Shown: positions 1 to 8,245 of the stretch, piece by piece
Numbering within the stretch: position 1 is the stretch's first letter
Layout of the letters: every line of letters begins with the position of its first letter
DNA from: Abditibacteriaceae bacterium
GTDB lineage: Bacteria; Armatimonadota; Abditibacteriia; Abditibacteriales; Abditibacteriaceae
Direction of reading: 5' to 3'
Length of the DNA stretch: 24,064 nucleotides
Assembly: GCA_031425655.1 (NCBI GenBank)
Contig: JANPJS010000028.1
Coordinates: 1-24,064 of the forward strand
Notes under the pieces: generated by a model
What the model was told of the DNA's origin: nothing
Databases searched by the model: none
The model's input: the letters and a program-made list of their open reading frames with translations, nothing else
Made by a program: the position numbers and the translations under genes

Positions 1-97
1 ATCATTTCAAGAAAAATCCGTGTCAATCCCGCCGTTTCCGCGTAGCGAAGCTCCGTGTTCCATTGAAAGCGTCGTTTTAACTGAATGAATTAACTGA

Positions 98-778
98 ATG
101 GACACATTTATTTCGTTTATTCTGGCTTATTTTATTGGCGCGGTGCCCTTCGGCGTGCTGGCGGGTAAAGCGTGCGGCGTGGACGTGCGCTCGGTTGGGT
201 CGGGCAACATCGGCGCGACGAACGTTTATCGCGTTTTAGGCCCGAAAGTCGGCGCCATCGTGTTTTTGCTTGACGTGCTTAAAGGCGTGGCCGGGCCATT
301 CATCGCGCGCTTGATGTTGGGTGACGAGGCGCAGTGGCCCATCGCGCTGTGCGGCTTGATGGTCGCCATCGGGCACGTTTTTTCGGTGTTTTTGGGCTTC
401 AAAGGCGGCAAAGCCATCGCGACAGGGCTTGGCGTTTACGGCGCTCTCTCGTTTCCTGTCGCGGCCAGTTGTCTCGCGTTTTGGGGCATCGTGTTGCTAC
501 TCACGCGCATGGTTTCGCTGGCTTCGATTGCCGCGTGTTTGGCCACGCCAGTTGCGTGCTTCGTCTTTGGATTATGGCATTCTAATTTGCCCGCTTCGCT
601 GGTGATGTGTTTGGTCGCCCTTGTAGCTTTTTTGAAACACGTTCCCAACATGAAACGCATTGCGGCGGGCACCGAACCGCGCATCGGTGAAAAAAAAACG
701 ACGACGGAAAGCAAGATAGAGACGATAAACGAGACGACGATTGACGCGGCATCCTCTTCGGCGGTGTCGGCGAAATGA
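98..778 (+). CDS. plsY: Glycerol-3-phosphate acyltransferase PlsY
   Basis: 226 aa hydrophobic protein with PlsY motifs GSGNIGATNVYR, LLDVLKG, GHxFSVFLGFKGGKAIAT and KHxxNMKRI; overlaps gpsA (ATGA at 775-778). Confidence 0.96.
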   Translation: MDTFISFILAYFIGAVPFGVLAGKACGVDVRSVGSGNIGATNVYRVLGPKVGAIVFLLDVLKGVAGPFIARLMLGDEAQWPIALCGLMVAIGHVFSVFLGFKGGKAIATGLGVYGALSFPVAASCLAFWGIVLLLTRMVSLASIAACLATPVACFVFGLWHSNLPASLVMCLVALVAFLKHVPNMKRIAAGTEPRIGEKKTTTESKIETINETTIDAASSSAVSAK

Positions 779-1797
779 GCGAATTAACGAGGCAGAAATC
801 GGCTCCCGTTGTCGCAGTTTTGGGCGCGGGAAGCTGGGGCACGGCCTTAGCGTTTCTGGTGGGTCACAAAGGCACACAAACGCGGCTGTGGGCGCGAAAT
901 CCCGTTGCGGCAGAACGCTTGACGGCCACTCATGAAAATGATAAATATCTGCCCGGCGCGACGTTGAAAAACGTCTCGATTTCCTCGGATTTACACGAAG
1001 TTTTAGCCGGAGCCGATTGGGTTGTTTCCGCCGTTCCCTGCGCCGCCGTTCCCGCCTTAGCCGCTCAGATTCGCAATTTGCTGGAAAACGGCGCCATCGT
1101 TGTCAACGGGACGAAAGGGTTGCACCCAGAAATCGGTTTGCGCCCGGCGCAAATCTGGGAGCAGCAGGCCGGCGTTAGCGGCGCGCGGTATGCGGCTTTG
1201 AGCGGGCCGAACCTTGCGAAGGAAATAGTGCGCGGCGTGCCGACGGCCACCGTCGTCGCTTCGACCGATGAAGCCACGGCCAGCGCCGCGCAGGAATTGT
1301 TCGCCGCGCCGACGTTTCGCGTTTACACCAACACCGATTTAATCGGCGTGGAACTCGGCGGAGCCTTGAAAAACGTGGTCGCTTTGGCCGCCGGCATGGG
1401 CGATGGGTTGGGCTACGGCGACAATTCCAAAGCGGCTTTGGTCACGCGGGCGTGGCGCGAAATGATGCGTCTGGCTGAAAAACTGGGCGCCAAAGAAGCG
1501 ACTTTGTGGGGACTCAGCGGCTTGGGCGACCTTTTTGCAACGTGCGTTTCGCCGTTTTCGCGCAATCGCAATCTGGGTTATCAAATGGCGCGCGGCGATA
1601 GTCTCAACGTCGCGCAAACCGAAATCGCCCAAGTTGCCGAAGGCGTTCATACCACGCGCGCTGCGTTGAAATTGGCTCAGGAACTGGGCGTCGAATTGCC
1701 GGTGACCGAGCAAATCGCCGCCGTATTGTTTGAAGGCCGCGACGTGCGCCAAGCGGTGCAGGAATTGATGGGTCGTCAGGGTTGTAGCGAGTGGTGA
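775..1797 (+). CDS. gpsA: NAD(P)H-dependent glycerol-3-phosphate dehydrogenase
   Basis: Rossmann motif VLGAGSWGTALA, TKG, LSGPNLAKE, GVELGGALKNV, GLGDLFATC, SRN and VAEGV are GpsA hallmarks; plsY-gpsA pairing is common. Confidence 0.97.
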   Translation: MSELTRQKSAPVVAVLGAGSWGTALAFLVGHKGTQTRLWARNPVAAERLTATHENDKYLPGATLKNVSISSDLHEVLAGADWVVSAVPCAAVPALAAQIRNLLENGAIVVNGTKGLHPEIGLRPAQIWEQQAGVSGARYAALSGPNLAKEIVRGVPTATVVASTDEATASAAQELFAAPTFRVYTNTDLIGVELGGALKNVVALAAGMGDGLGYGDNSKAALVTRAWREMMRLAEKLGAKEATLWGLSGLGDLFATCVSPFSRNRNLGYQMARGDSLNVAQTEIAQVAEGVHTTRAALKLAQELGVELPVTEQIAAVLFEGRDVRQAVQELMGRQGCSEW

Positions 1798-1916
1798 AAG
1801 TCGTTTCTTTTCAACAACGGTGCAGGTTTCGCTGTGAAGCGGCTTTCACCTGAGGATAGCCGAGTCGGAGCGTCTTAATCCGTTGTTCAGCCGTAAAAAT
1901 CCAGGAGGTTATGAAT

Positions 1917-2402
1917 ATGGCGAAAGCCACCAAAACAGCGGCGAAGGCCGCGCCGGCGAAAGCGGCTGCCAAAGCGGCGCCTGCCAAAGCGCCTGCAAAG
2001 GCTGCACCCGCGAAAGCCGCACTGACCAGCCGGGGCGAAGTTGTGGACATCGTGGCGGCGCAGACGGGCCTGACCAAAACGCAGGCCGAAGGCGCGATGA
2101 AAGCCTACGAAGGCGCCATCATTCGCACTTTAAGCGGCGGCGGCGAAGTGCGTCTCAACGGCTTCGGCAGCTTCAAAACCAGCCATCGCGCGGCGCGCAC
2201 CGGACGCAATCCCCGCACCGGCGGCACCGTCGAAGTCGCGGCGCGCACCGTGCCGCGCTTCGCGCCGAGCAGCGTTTTCAAGTCGTCTGTCAGCGGCGAT
2301 GCTGTGAAGGCAGCGCCCGCCAAAAGCGCGGCTAAAACCGAAAAAGCAGCGCCCGCCAAAGCGGCTCCGGCCAAAGGCGCGGCCAAAGCCAAAAAGAAGT
2401 AA
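1917..2402 (+). CDS. hup: HU family DNA-binding protein with Ala/Lys/Pro-rich N- and C-terminal tails
   Basis: Core VRLNGFGSF...RAARTGRNPRTG...VPRFAPS is the HU/IHF signature. Start placed at ATG 1917 because SD AGGAGG (1903-1908) is 8 nt upstream (only 2 nt from ATG 1911). Confidence 0.9.
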   Translation: MAKATKTAAKAAPAKAAAKAAPAKAPAKAAPAKAALTSRGEVVDIVAAQTGLTKTQAEGAMKAYEGAIIRTLSGGGEVRLNGFGSFKTSHRAARTGRNPRTGGTVEVAARTVPRFAPSSVFKSSVSGDAVKAAPAKSAAKTEKAAPAKAAPAKGAAKAKKK

Positions 2403-2418
2403 TTCGAGTCGCAAAACT

Positions 2419-2447
2419 AAAAGCCCCGGCAAATTGCCGGGGCTTTT
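2419..2447. terminator. Bidirectional-type intrinsic terminator after the HU gene
   Basis: AAAAGCCCCGGC-AAATT-GCCGGGGCTTTT: perfect 12-bp stem with A/T tails on both sides, 16 nt after the HU stop and between convergent genes. Confidence 0.85.
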
Positions 2448-2455
2448 GGTTTCCT

Positions 2456-2675
2456 GTAGGGACACGCTATAGCGTGTCCCCTACGCATCAACTTAAGGCA
2501 TCGTCCACTCGCTCCCCCGATTGAAATCGGGGTCTACCGCTACGAAGTCCGCCTGCGCGGACTCGAAATTTAGTCCGCGCAGGCGGACTTTGTAAAAATA
2601 GCGCCCCATTTTAATGGGGTGAGCACAGGCGAAATTCCTTAAGTTGATGCGTATGGGGCGCAACCTGTTGCGCCC
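2456..2675. mobile_element. Non-autonomous IS4/IS231-like cassette (2480-2655) with a REP-like palindromic cargo, flanked by two GGG...CCC hairpins
   Basis: Terminal IRs CCTACGCATCAACTTAAGG (2480-2498) and CCTTAAGTTGATGCGTATG (2637-2655). Inner perfect 19-bp IR AAGTCCGCCTGCGCGGACT (2545-2563 / 2572-2590). Flanking hairpins are 2459-2480 (perfect 22-bp palindrome, preceded by GTA) and 2656-2675. No target duplication visible. Confidence 0.65.
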
Positions 2676-2687
2676 TCCGATACGCTT

Positions 2688-3398
2688 TCAACTTTGCACG
2701 ACAAGTCCGCGTTGGCTGTGAATATCGTAGGTGTATTCCTTGAGATCAATCGCGGTGCCGCGCATTTTTCGCACGAACATCCGGCGCAGATAATGATCTT
2801 CCGAGGCTTTCATCAAGCGCAGTGCGATCACACCGCTGACCATGAATTCTTCGATGCTGCGTTCGTCCTGACGCGCGCCGGGCCAAACGTGCGAAGTCAT
2901 CAGTGTGGTGCAGCCGAAGTTGTCGTCAATGCCGAAAATCAGGGTGCGGATGTATTCCTGCACCTCGAAAAGGCGTTCGCGGTGCAGAATTAAAGGCACC
3001 ATCGGGTCAATGACCAAGCGCTTGGCGTTGATGCGGCGCACTTGCTTGCTGAGGTCTTGCAGCACCTCGTTGGCGTCCACGCTGCCGCCTTTGCTGGTGC
3101 GAACCCAGTTGAAATAAGGCGAAACGTCCAGCAAATTCAATTTGCCTTCGTTGACCGGAGTGCGCAAATCCCAGCCTAACGTGGCGACATCTTCGACCAT
3201 GTGCGAGGGCTTTTCGTCAATCGAAATGAACACGCCGTTTTCGCCGCGCCGCAAACCTTCGAGGATAAATTGCGCCGCGAAGGTGGTTTTCCCCGTGCCC
3301 GGCTCGCCGGTAATTAAATAGCTTTGTCCGGCGGGCAGGCCGCCTTGCAGCAAATTGTCTAAGCCTTCGACGCCGGTGGGAACTCTTTCTCTGGCCAT
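2688..3398 (-). CDS. Single-domain KaiC/RAD55 family RecA-superfamily ATPase
   Basis: TGVEGLDNLLQGGLP, Walker A GEPGTGKT, Walker B LVID, and VRKMRG arginine-finger motif; 236 aa is one KaiC domain. Confidence 0.9.
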   Translation of the reverse strand: MARERVPTGVEGLDNLLQGGLPAGQSYLITGEPGTGKTTFAAQFILEGLRRGENGVFISIDEKPSHMVEDVATLGWDLRTPVNEGKLNLLDVSPYFNWVRTSKGGSVDANEVLQDLSKQVRRINAKRLVIDPMVPLILHRERLFEVQEYIRTLIFGIDDNFGCTTLMTSHVWPGARQDERSIEEFMVSGVIALRLMKASEDHYLRRMFVRKMRGTAIDLKEYTYDIHSQRGLVVQS

Positions 3399-3458
3399 GC
3401 TTTCTCCGATTGTGTGTTTCTGAAGTCGTCTTTCATTCTACCGCGTTTGACGCGCTCG

Positions 3459-3487
3459 TTGCGCCGCCACAGGGCATTGCCTAAGAT
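3459..3487 (+). promoter_or_regulatory. Putative sigma70 promoter for ubiX (probably leaderless transcript)
   Basis: TTGCGC (3459-3464), 17 bp spacer, TAAGAT (3482-3487); ATG at 3496 is only 8 nt beyond the -10 and there is no SD. Confidence 0.4.
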
Positions 3488-3495
3488 GAAATTCA

Positions 3496-4083
3496 ATGCA
3501 TTTCATCGTCGCGCTGACCGGCGCCTCCGGCCATCCTTACGCTTTGCGGCTTTTAAACCAGTTGGCGGCCACCGATGCGCGCGTTTCTCTGGTTTTAAGC
3601 GAGCCGGCCTGCGTGGCTTTAGCCGCCGAAACCGGCATCAAACTGAACGCGCATTCGCCAAATATCGCTGAATTGTTTGAAAACGAATCGGCGTTGGAGC
3701 GAGTGCAAGTTTTCAATCCTCGCAACATCGGGGCCGCTATCGCGTCCGGCTCGAACCGGCACGACGGCATGGTCATTATTCCCTGTTCGATGGGCACATT
3801 GGGCCGTTTGGCGCACGGCACGTCCGACGATTTAATTTGCCGCGCCGCCGACGTGACTTTGAAAGAGCGGCGCAAGCTGATTCTCGTCACGCGCGAAATG
3901 CCGCTTTCGCTGATTCATCTGCGAAATATGGTGACAGTCACCGAAGCCGGCGCTCTCGTGATGCACGCCTGCCCGCATTTTTATCATCGCCCGCAAAGTG
4001 TCGAGGCGGTCTTAGATACCGTTGTAGATCGCGTTCTCGACCAACTTGGCGTGCCGATAGAAACCACGCGCTGGAATCCGTAA
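3496..4083 (+). CDS. ubiX: Flavin prenyltransferase UbiX/Pad1 family
   Basis: VALTGASG, IGAAIASGS, IIPCSMGTL, RAADVTLKERRKLILVTREMPLSLIHLRNM and P-x-FYHRP motifs. Confidence 0.95.
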   Translation: MHFIVALTGASGHPYALRLLNQLAATDARVSLVLSEPACVALAAETGIKLNAHSPNIAELFENESALERVQVFNPRNIGAAIASGSNRHDGMVIIPCSMGTLGRLAHGTSDDLICRAADVTLKERRKLILVTREMPLSLIHLRNMVTVTEAGALVMHACPHFYHRPQSVEAVLDTVVDRVLDQLGVPIETTRWNP

Positions 4084-4123
4084 CCGTTTCCGATGTATTT
4101 TTACAGCCAGACGACGAAGGGCC

Positions 4124-4726
4124 ATGAAGCAAACTCCACAATTTATCAAAGCTAAGGCTTACTTTCTACAGCGTGTGTTGGTGTTCTTCCACTGGCTGCC
4201 CGCCGTGTTTGCTCTTTTGATTTTGGTGACAGGAAACGAGTTGGTAATGCGCGACGATGCCACTAAACCCATAATCGGAATGCCTCGGTCTCTTTATCTA
4301 CCGACTTTCCTCATCAGTAGCATTTATGCAGCCCTCTGGCAATACGGGAATAAAGTCGTGTCTCAAGGTGTTGTGAAGGAGAATCCTTCAGAGCATTGGA
4401 TTGGTGTCTTTTTCTTTGGCTTGTTTGCAGTTCCTGGCTTGGTGTTATTCTTGAACCGTGGTTTAGATAATAGTGTAGCCACCACACATCAAACTCAGGT
4501 TTTAGGCAAAAAAATCCATCGCGACAAATACACGACGAGGTATGCAATTGTTTTGGCTGATTGGAAGTATAAAGGTAAGAGCCTTTTGCTCTATGTCAAT
4601 CGGAAATTTTATGAAGGTGTAAAGATAACGGATCAGGTGTCGATAACCACGAAAAAGGGTTATTTCGGCTATGAACGCCTGCGAGACTACAAGAAACAAG
4701 CGGATGTAACTCGTCCTGCACTGTGA
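4124..4726 (+). CDS. Hypothetical membrane protein (about 3 TM segments, basic C-terminal domain), AT-richer than neighbours
   Basis: 200 aa ORF filling the ubiX-ubiA gap in the same orientation; three hydrophobic stretches; ends ...VSITTKKGYFGYE. Confidence 0.7.
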   Translation: MKQTPQFIKAKAYFLQRVLVFFHWLPAVFALLILVTGNELVMRDDATKPIIGMPRSLYLPTFLISSIYAALWQYGNKVVSQGVVKENPSEHWIGVFFFGLFAVPGLVLFLNRGLDNSVATTHQTQVLGKKIHRDKYTTRYAIVLADWKYKGKSLLLYVNRKFYEGVKITDQVSITTKKGYFGYERLRDYKKQADVTRPAL

Positions 4727-4768
4727 AGTTCGCTATTCCAAATTCTCTTTGAAAGACTGTCCTTCATT

Positions 4769-5662
4769 ATGCTTTTCGTAAATTCGTATTTGCGTCTCGG
4801 TCGCTTCGGCGATTACCTCGAACTCGTCAAGTTCAGCCACACGATTTTCGCGCTGCCGTTTGCTTTGGCTTCGATGATAATCGCGGCGCGCGGCCTACCA
4901 GACAAGCACATTTTCTTTTGGATTATCGTGGCGATGGTGACGGCGCGCACGGCGGCGATGGCCTTCAACCGCATCGTGGATCGCCAGTTGGACGCGAAAA
5001 ATCCGCGCACGCAAAACCGCGAAATCCCTGCGGGCAAAGTGTCAGTTGGCGAAGCCGCCGCGCTTTTCAATCTCGCGGCGCTGGGCTTTTGGTTTAGCGC
5101 GTGGCGAATCAATACGTTGGCGCTGGTTTTGGCGCTGCCGGCGCTTTTTGTGCTGTGCTTTTACTCGTATTGCAAGCGATTTACGGCGCTCGCGCACTTC
5201 GTTTTGGGTTTTTGTCTGGGCATCGCACCGGTTGGCGCCTGGATCGCCGTGACCGGAAAGATTGAATTGGTGCCGATTGTTTTAGCGACGGCGATTATGT
5301 TCTGGGTGGCCGGATTCGACATCATTTACGCCACGATGGACGCCGATTTTGACCGCGAGATGGGTTTGCACTCGATGGTGCAACGCTTCGGCATTGGGCG
5401 CGCTTTAGTCTTTGCGCGCGTGTTTCATTGCATTTTTATCGCGCTTTTGCTGGTTTTTGGCGAATTGGCCGGGCTGAGTCGCAATTTTTCGGTTGCCGTC
5501 GGATTGATCGCGCTCTTTTTGCTTTACGAGCATATCATCGTCAACCCGAAGGATTTGCGCCGCGTCAACGCCGCGTTTTTCACAGTCAACGGCGCGATTA
5601 GTCTCTTTTTTTTGGGCGCGGTCGCAGCGGAAATTTTCTATTTTCGTTCGTTGCCGAATTAA
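4769..5662 (+). CDS. ubiA: UbiA-family polyprenyltransferase (MqnP-like, putative menaquinone futalosine pathway)
   Basis: KFSHTIFALPFA, ARTAAMAFNRIVDRQLDAKNPRTQNREIP, YSYCKRF, WVAGFDIIYATMDADFD and VNAAFFTVNG motifs; clustered with ubiX. Confidence 0.9.
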   Translation: MLFVNSYLRLGRFGDYLELVKFSHTIFALPFALASMIIAARGLPDKHIFFWIIVAMVTARTAAMAFNRIVDRQLDAKNPRTQNREIPAGKVSVGEAAALFNLAALGFWFSAWRINTLALVLALPALFVLCFYSYCKRFTALAHFVLGFCLGIAPVGAWIAVTGKIELVPIVLATAIMFWVAGFDIIYATMDADFDREMGLHSMVQRFGIGRALVFARVFHCIFIALLLVFGELAGLSRNFSVAVGLIALFLLYEHIIVNPKDLRRVNAAFFTVNGAISLFFLGAVAAEIFYFRSLPN

Positions 5663-5673
5663 TGATTGCTCAT

Positions 5674-5898
5674 CTTACGTGGTCTCGCCGTTTTCAACGG
5701 GAAGGCGGAAAGAACGGGAAGGCGGGAAGTCTTGAAAGAGTTGACGAGGCGAAAAAGCGGCTTGAACACAGCCTTAACACACTATCCAAGCGCAAACCCA
5801 ACCGAGAATGGGATGTCCGCCCGTCCAAAGCACTCAAATCTCTTCCCGTCTTCCCGTCCTTTCCGCCTTCCCGTTGAAAACGGCGAGACCGCGTTAAG
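5674..5898. repeat. Long inverted repeat / MITE-like element between convergent ubiA and ECF sigma genes
   Basis: Perfect 32-bp IR GGTCTCGCCGTTTTCAACGGGAAGGCGGAAAG (5681-5712 / 5859-5890), extending inward to about 49 bp with 2 mismatches (to 5729 / 5842); arms contain tandem CGGGAAG-like units. Confidence 0.85.
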
Positions 5899-5906
5899 GT
5901 TAGTGA

Positions 5907-6530
5907 TTACTCGAAAAGTTCGCGGCAAAGTTCGAGCTTTTCGCGCAGCGCGGTGCGGGCGCGATTGAGGCGGCTTCGGACGGTGCCGATGGGCAACTGC
6001 AAAATCTGCGCGATCTCGGCGTAAGCGTAGCCGCGAATATCGAAAAGCACCAACACCATGCGATGATGTTCGGGCAACGCGACGACAGCTTCGCGCACCG
6101 CGTGGCGCCGTTCGCGGCGCGATAGGGCTTCGTCGGGCGTATCGCCGCAATCGGCAGGCTCAAAAGACAGCGCGTTCTCGCTTTCTAACGATGAAAGCGG
6201 CATCGGTCGGCGGCGCCGATTATGGGCTTGATCCCACGCGATATTGACTGCGATGCGATGCAGCCATGTCGAAAAAGCGCAGTCGCCGCGAAACGTGTGC
6301 AAGCTGCGAAAAGCGCGAATGAACACTTCCTGCGTGGCATCGGCGGCGGCTTCCGAGTCGCGCAGATGCCATAAACAAAGGTTGAAAATGCGGTCTTGAT
6401 GCTGTGCCATAAGATCATCGAAGGCGCCTGTCTCGCCCGCGCGACAATGCTCGATGAGCAGCGATTCACATTTTTCAGTGGCATCGCGCTCGGCGGACGC
6501 GGAGAATTGGCGCACGGTCGAAGCATTCAT
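5907..6530 (-). CDS. ECF-type RNA polymerase sigma-70 factor
   Basis: Region 2 AADATQEVFIRAF...FSTWLHRIAVN and region 4 LPEHHRMVLVL...YAEIAQILQLPIGTVRSRLNRAR. Confidence 0.94.
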   Translation of the reverse strand: MNASTVRQFSASAERDATEKCESLLIEHCRAGETGAFDDLMAQHQDRIFNLCLWHLRDSEAAADATQEVFIRAFRSLHTFRGDCAFSTWLHRIAVNIAWDQAHNRRRRPMPLSSLESENALSFEPADCGDTPDEALSRRERRHAVREAVVALPEHHRMVLVLFDIRGYAYAEIAQILQLPIGTVRSRLNRARTALREKLELCRELFE

Positions 6531-6667
6531 ATAGACACGGGATTGTCGGCAGATGCACCAAAAGTGCCTCTTGTGCAGAGCGCGGCTGCGCCGATCCTGA
6601 TTTGCCGCGCGGCACCACGACGCACGGCAAGCGTTCCTTGTTGTGAACTTTATTTTTGAGGGATTTT

Positions 6668-7711
6668 ATGCAGGCACAGCGTCCCGGCGATATTTTGGTG
6701 GTAGATGCCGACACGGTTTTTTTGGCGACAGCCGCGAAAGCGTTGGGCGCGCAGGGGCACCATGTGCAAACGGCGACCACGGCACACGAGGCGCGCCATC
6801 TCCTGGAAAAGACGGTTTTCGATGTCGTGGTTTGCGCTTATGATTTGCCCGGCGAAAACGGCGCGCAACTCTGCCGCTTCATCAAATCCAGCGAAACGCC
6901 GGCACCTGTATTCACGGCATTGCTCGTGGATGTCAGCCATGACAGCGCGCAGGCCGAAACTTTACTTCAAAATTACTTTTCGCGGGCGCCGCGCGAACTG
7001 GTTTTCAGCGACCCTGACGACATCATTTTAAAGCCGATCTGGCCCGAAATTTTGGCTGGCCACGTTTTGAACTTGCTGAGGTCGCGGCGCTATTTGGAGG
7101 AATGCAATAACGCCATCGCCACTTTGATGGCCGTCGCGCAGGGTATTGAAGAGCAGGATCGGCACGCGCGAGGGCATTGCAAGCGCCTCGCGGTGATGAG
7201 CGTCGAATTGGGATCAGTGCTCGGCTGCGACGAATGGGAATTAACGGCTCTCGAACGCGCGGCTTATCTGCACGACATCGGCATGGCGACGATTCACGGC
7301 GCGCTGACGCATAAAAACGGCAATTTTTCGCCGCAAGAACGCGAAATGGTGAAATCGCACACCGTTCGCGGCGCAGAACTTTGCGCCACAGTCGCGGCGC
7401 TGCGGCCCGTTTTGCCGATTATTCGCGGCCATCACGAGCGCGGCGACGGCTCCGGCTATCCCGACGGCCTGCGCAGCGCCGAAATTTCGCGTTTAGTGCA
7501 GATTTTTGCGCTTCCGCACCTCTACGAAGCCCTGCGATTATGGCGTCCTTATCGCGTTGCGGGAACCCAGACGCGAGCCGTCGAAGTCATGCGCGAGGAA
7601 GTCAAATGGGGCTACTGGAATGCGACCTATTTCGACGCTTTTGTCGGAAAAGTGCTACCCGGACTGGATGGACGGCTGGATTCAATGCACATTTTATGGC
7701 CGTCGGGCTGA
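6668..7711 (+). CDS. Response regulator-like REC domain fused to an HD-GYP domain (both degenerate)
   Basis: N-terminal ILVVD...FDVVVCAYDLPG...KP; C-terminal GHCKR, LHDIG, HHERGDGSGYPDGL, RPYR. ATG 6668 follows GAGGGA (6658-6663). Confidence 0.88.
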   Translation: MQAQRPGDILVVDADTVFLATAAKALGAQGHHVQTATTAHEARHLLEKTVFDVVVCAYDLPGENGAQLCRFIKSSETPAPVFTALLVDVSHDSAQAETLLQNYFSRAPRELVFSDPDDIILKPIWPEILAGHVLNLLRSRRYLEECNNAIATLMAVAQGIEEQDRHARGHCKRLAVMSVELGSVLGCDEWELTALERAAYLHDIGMATIHGALTHKNGNFSPQEREMVKSHTVRGAELCATVAALRPVLPIIRGHHERGDGSGYPDGLRSAEISRLVQIFALPHLYEALRLWRPYRVAGTQTRAVEVMREEVKWGYWNATYFDAFVGKVLPGLDGRLDSMHILWPSG

Positions 7712-7801
7712 GACGAACACCGCTGGAATACTTTGGACTGAGTAGTCTGTAATCCAAGTTGCATGGCATTTTTCATTAACTGTCAGAGCGGGGCTAACGC
7801 C

Positions 7802-8019
7802 CAATGGCATTAAGTTAAGGAAGAAAAAGAGCGTGTTCTGAGCCAAGTAAGGGCGTCGTTCCGAGCGGACTTCTGAGCCTAAGCGAAGAAGGGAGTCGAG
7901 GAATCTTGAGCGTGAGACCAGCAAAGATTCCTCGACTTCGCGTCGTTCGTTCCTCACTTTGCTCCGCTCGGAATGACAGTTCTGATTCGCCTACCTAAAC
8001 CCTTAACTTAATGCCATTG
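7802..8019. mobile_element. 218-bp non-autonomous IS4-family-like cassette A
   Basis: TIR CAATGGCATTAAGTTAAGG (7802-7820 / 8001-8019); exact 10-bp flanking direct repeat GGCTAACGCC (7792-7801, 8020-8029); cargo is a GTCRTTCCGAGCGGA...AGTCGAGGAATCTT palindromic repeat (7855-7977). Confidence 0.8.
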
Positions 8020-8087
8020 GGCTAACGCCCACGTCCAAACGAGTTAGTTCTTACGTTGACTGCACTGTTTGGAAGTGGGCGTTAGCC

Positions 8088-8245
8088 CAATGGCATTAAG
8101 TTAAGCGATTGCGAAACGTAGCTTCCCTCCCTCCGGGAGGGATTGAGGGAGGGCAAGACGGCGGCTTTGCCGCCGTCAACCCCCACCTAACCTCCCCCAA
8201 AGGGGGAGGAACTATGCTCTTGAACTCCTTAACTTAATGCCATTG
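8088..8245. mobile_element. 158-bp non-autonomous IS4-family-like cassette B
   Basis: TIR CAATGGCATTAAGTTAAG (8088-8105 / 8228-8245); exact 10-bp direct repeat GGCGTTAGCC (8078-8087, 8246-8255); cargo is a CCCTCCC...GGGAGGG / CCCCACCTAACCTCCCCC-type palindrome (about 8119-8214). Confidence 0.8.

Noticed and set aside
1..70. Possible right arm of another intergenic repeat (ATCCGTGTC...TCCGTGTTCC)
   Set aside because: Truncated by the window edge; the partner arm cannot be seen.
2688..3398. Calling the ATPase kaiC (circadian clock)
   Set aside because: Only one ATPase domain and no kaiA/kaiB nearby.
5662..5968. Short ORFs 5662-5877 and 5666-5968
   Set aside because: They run through the long inverted repeat and have no recognisable protein features.
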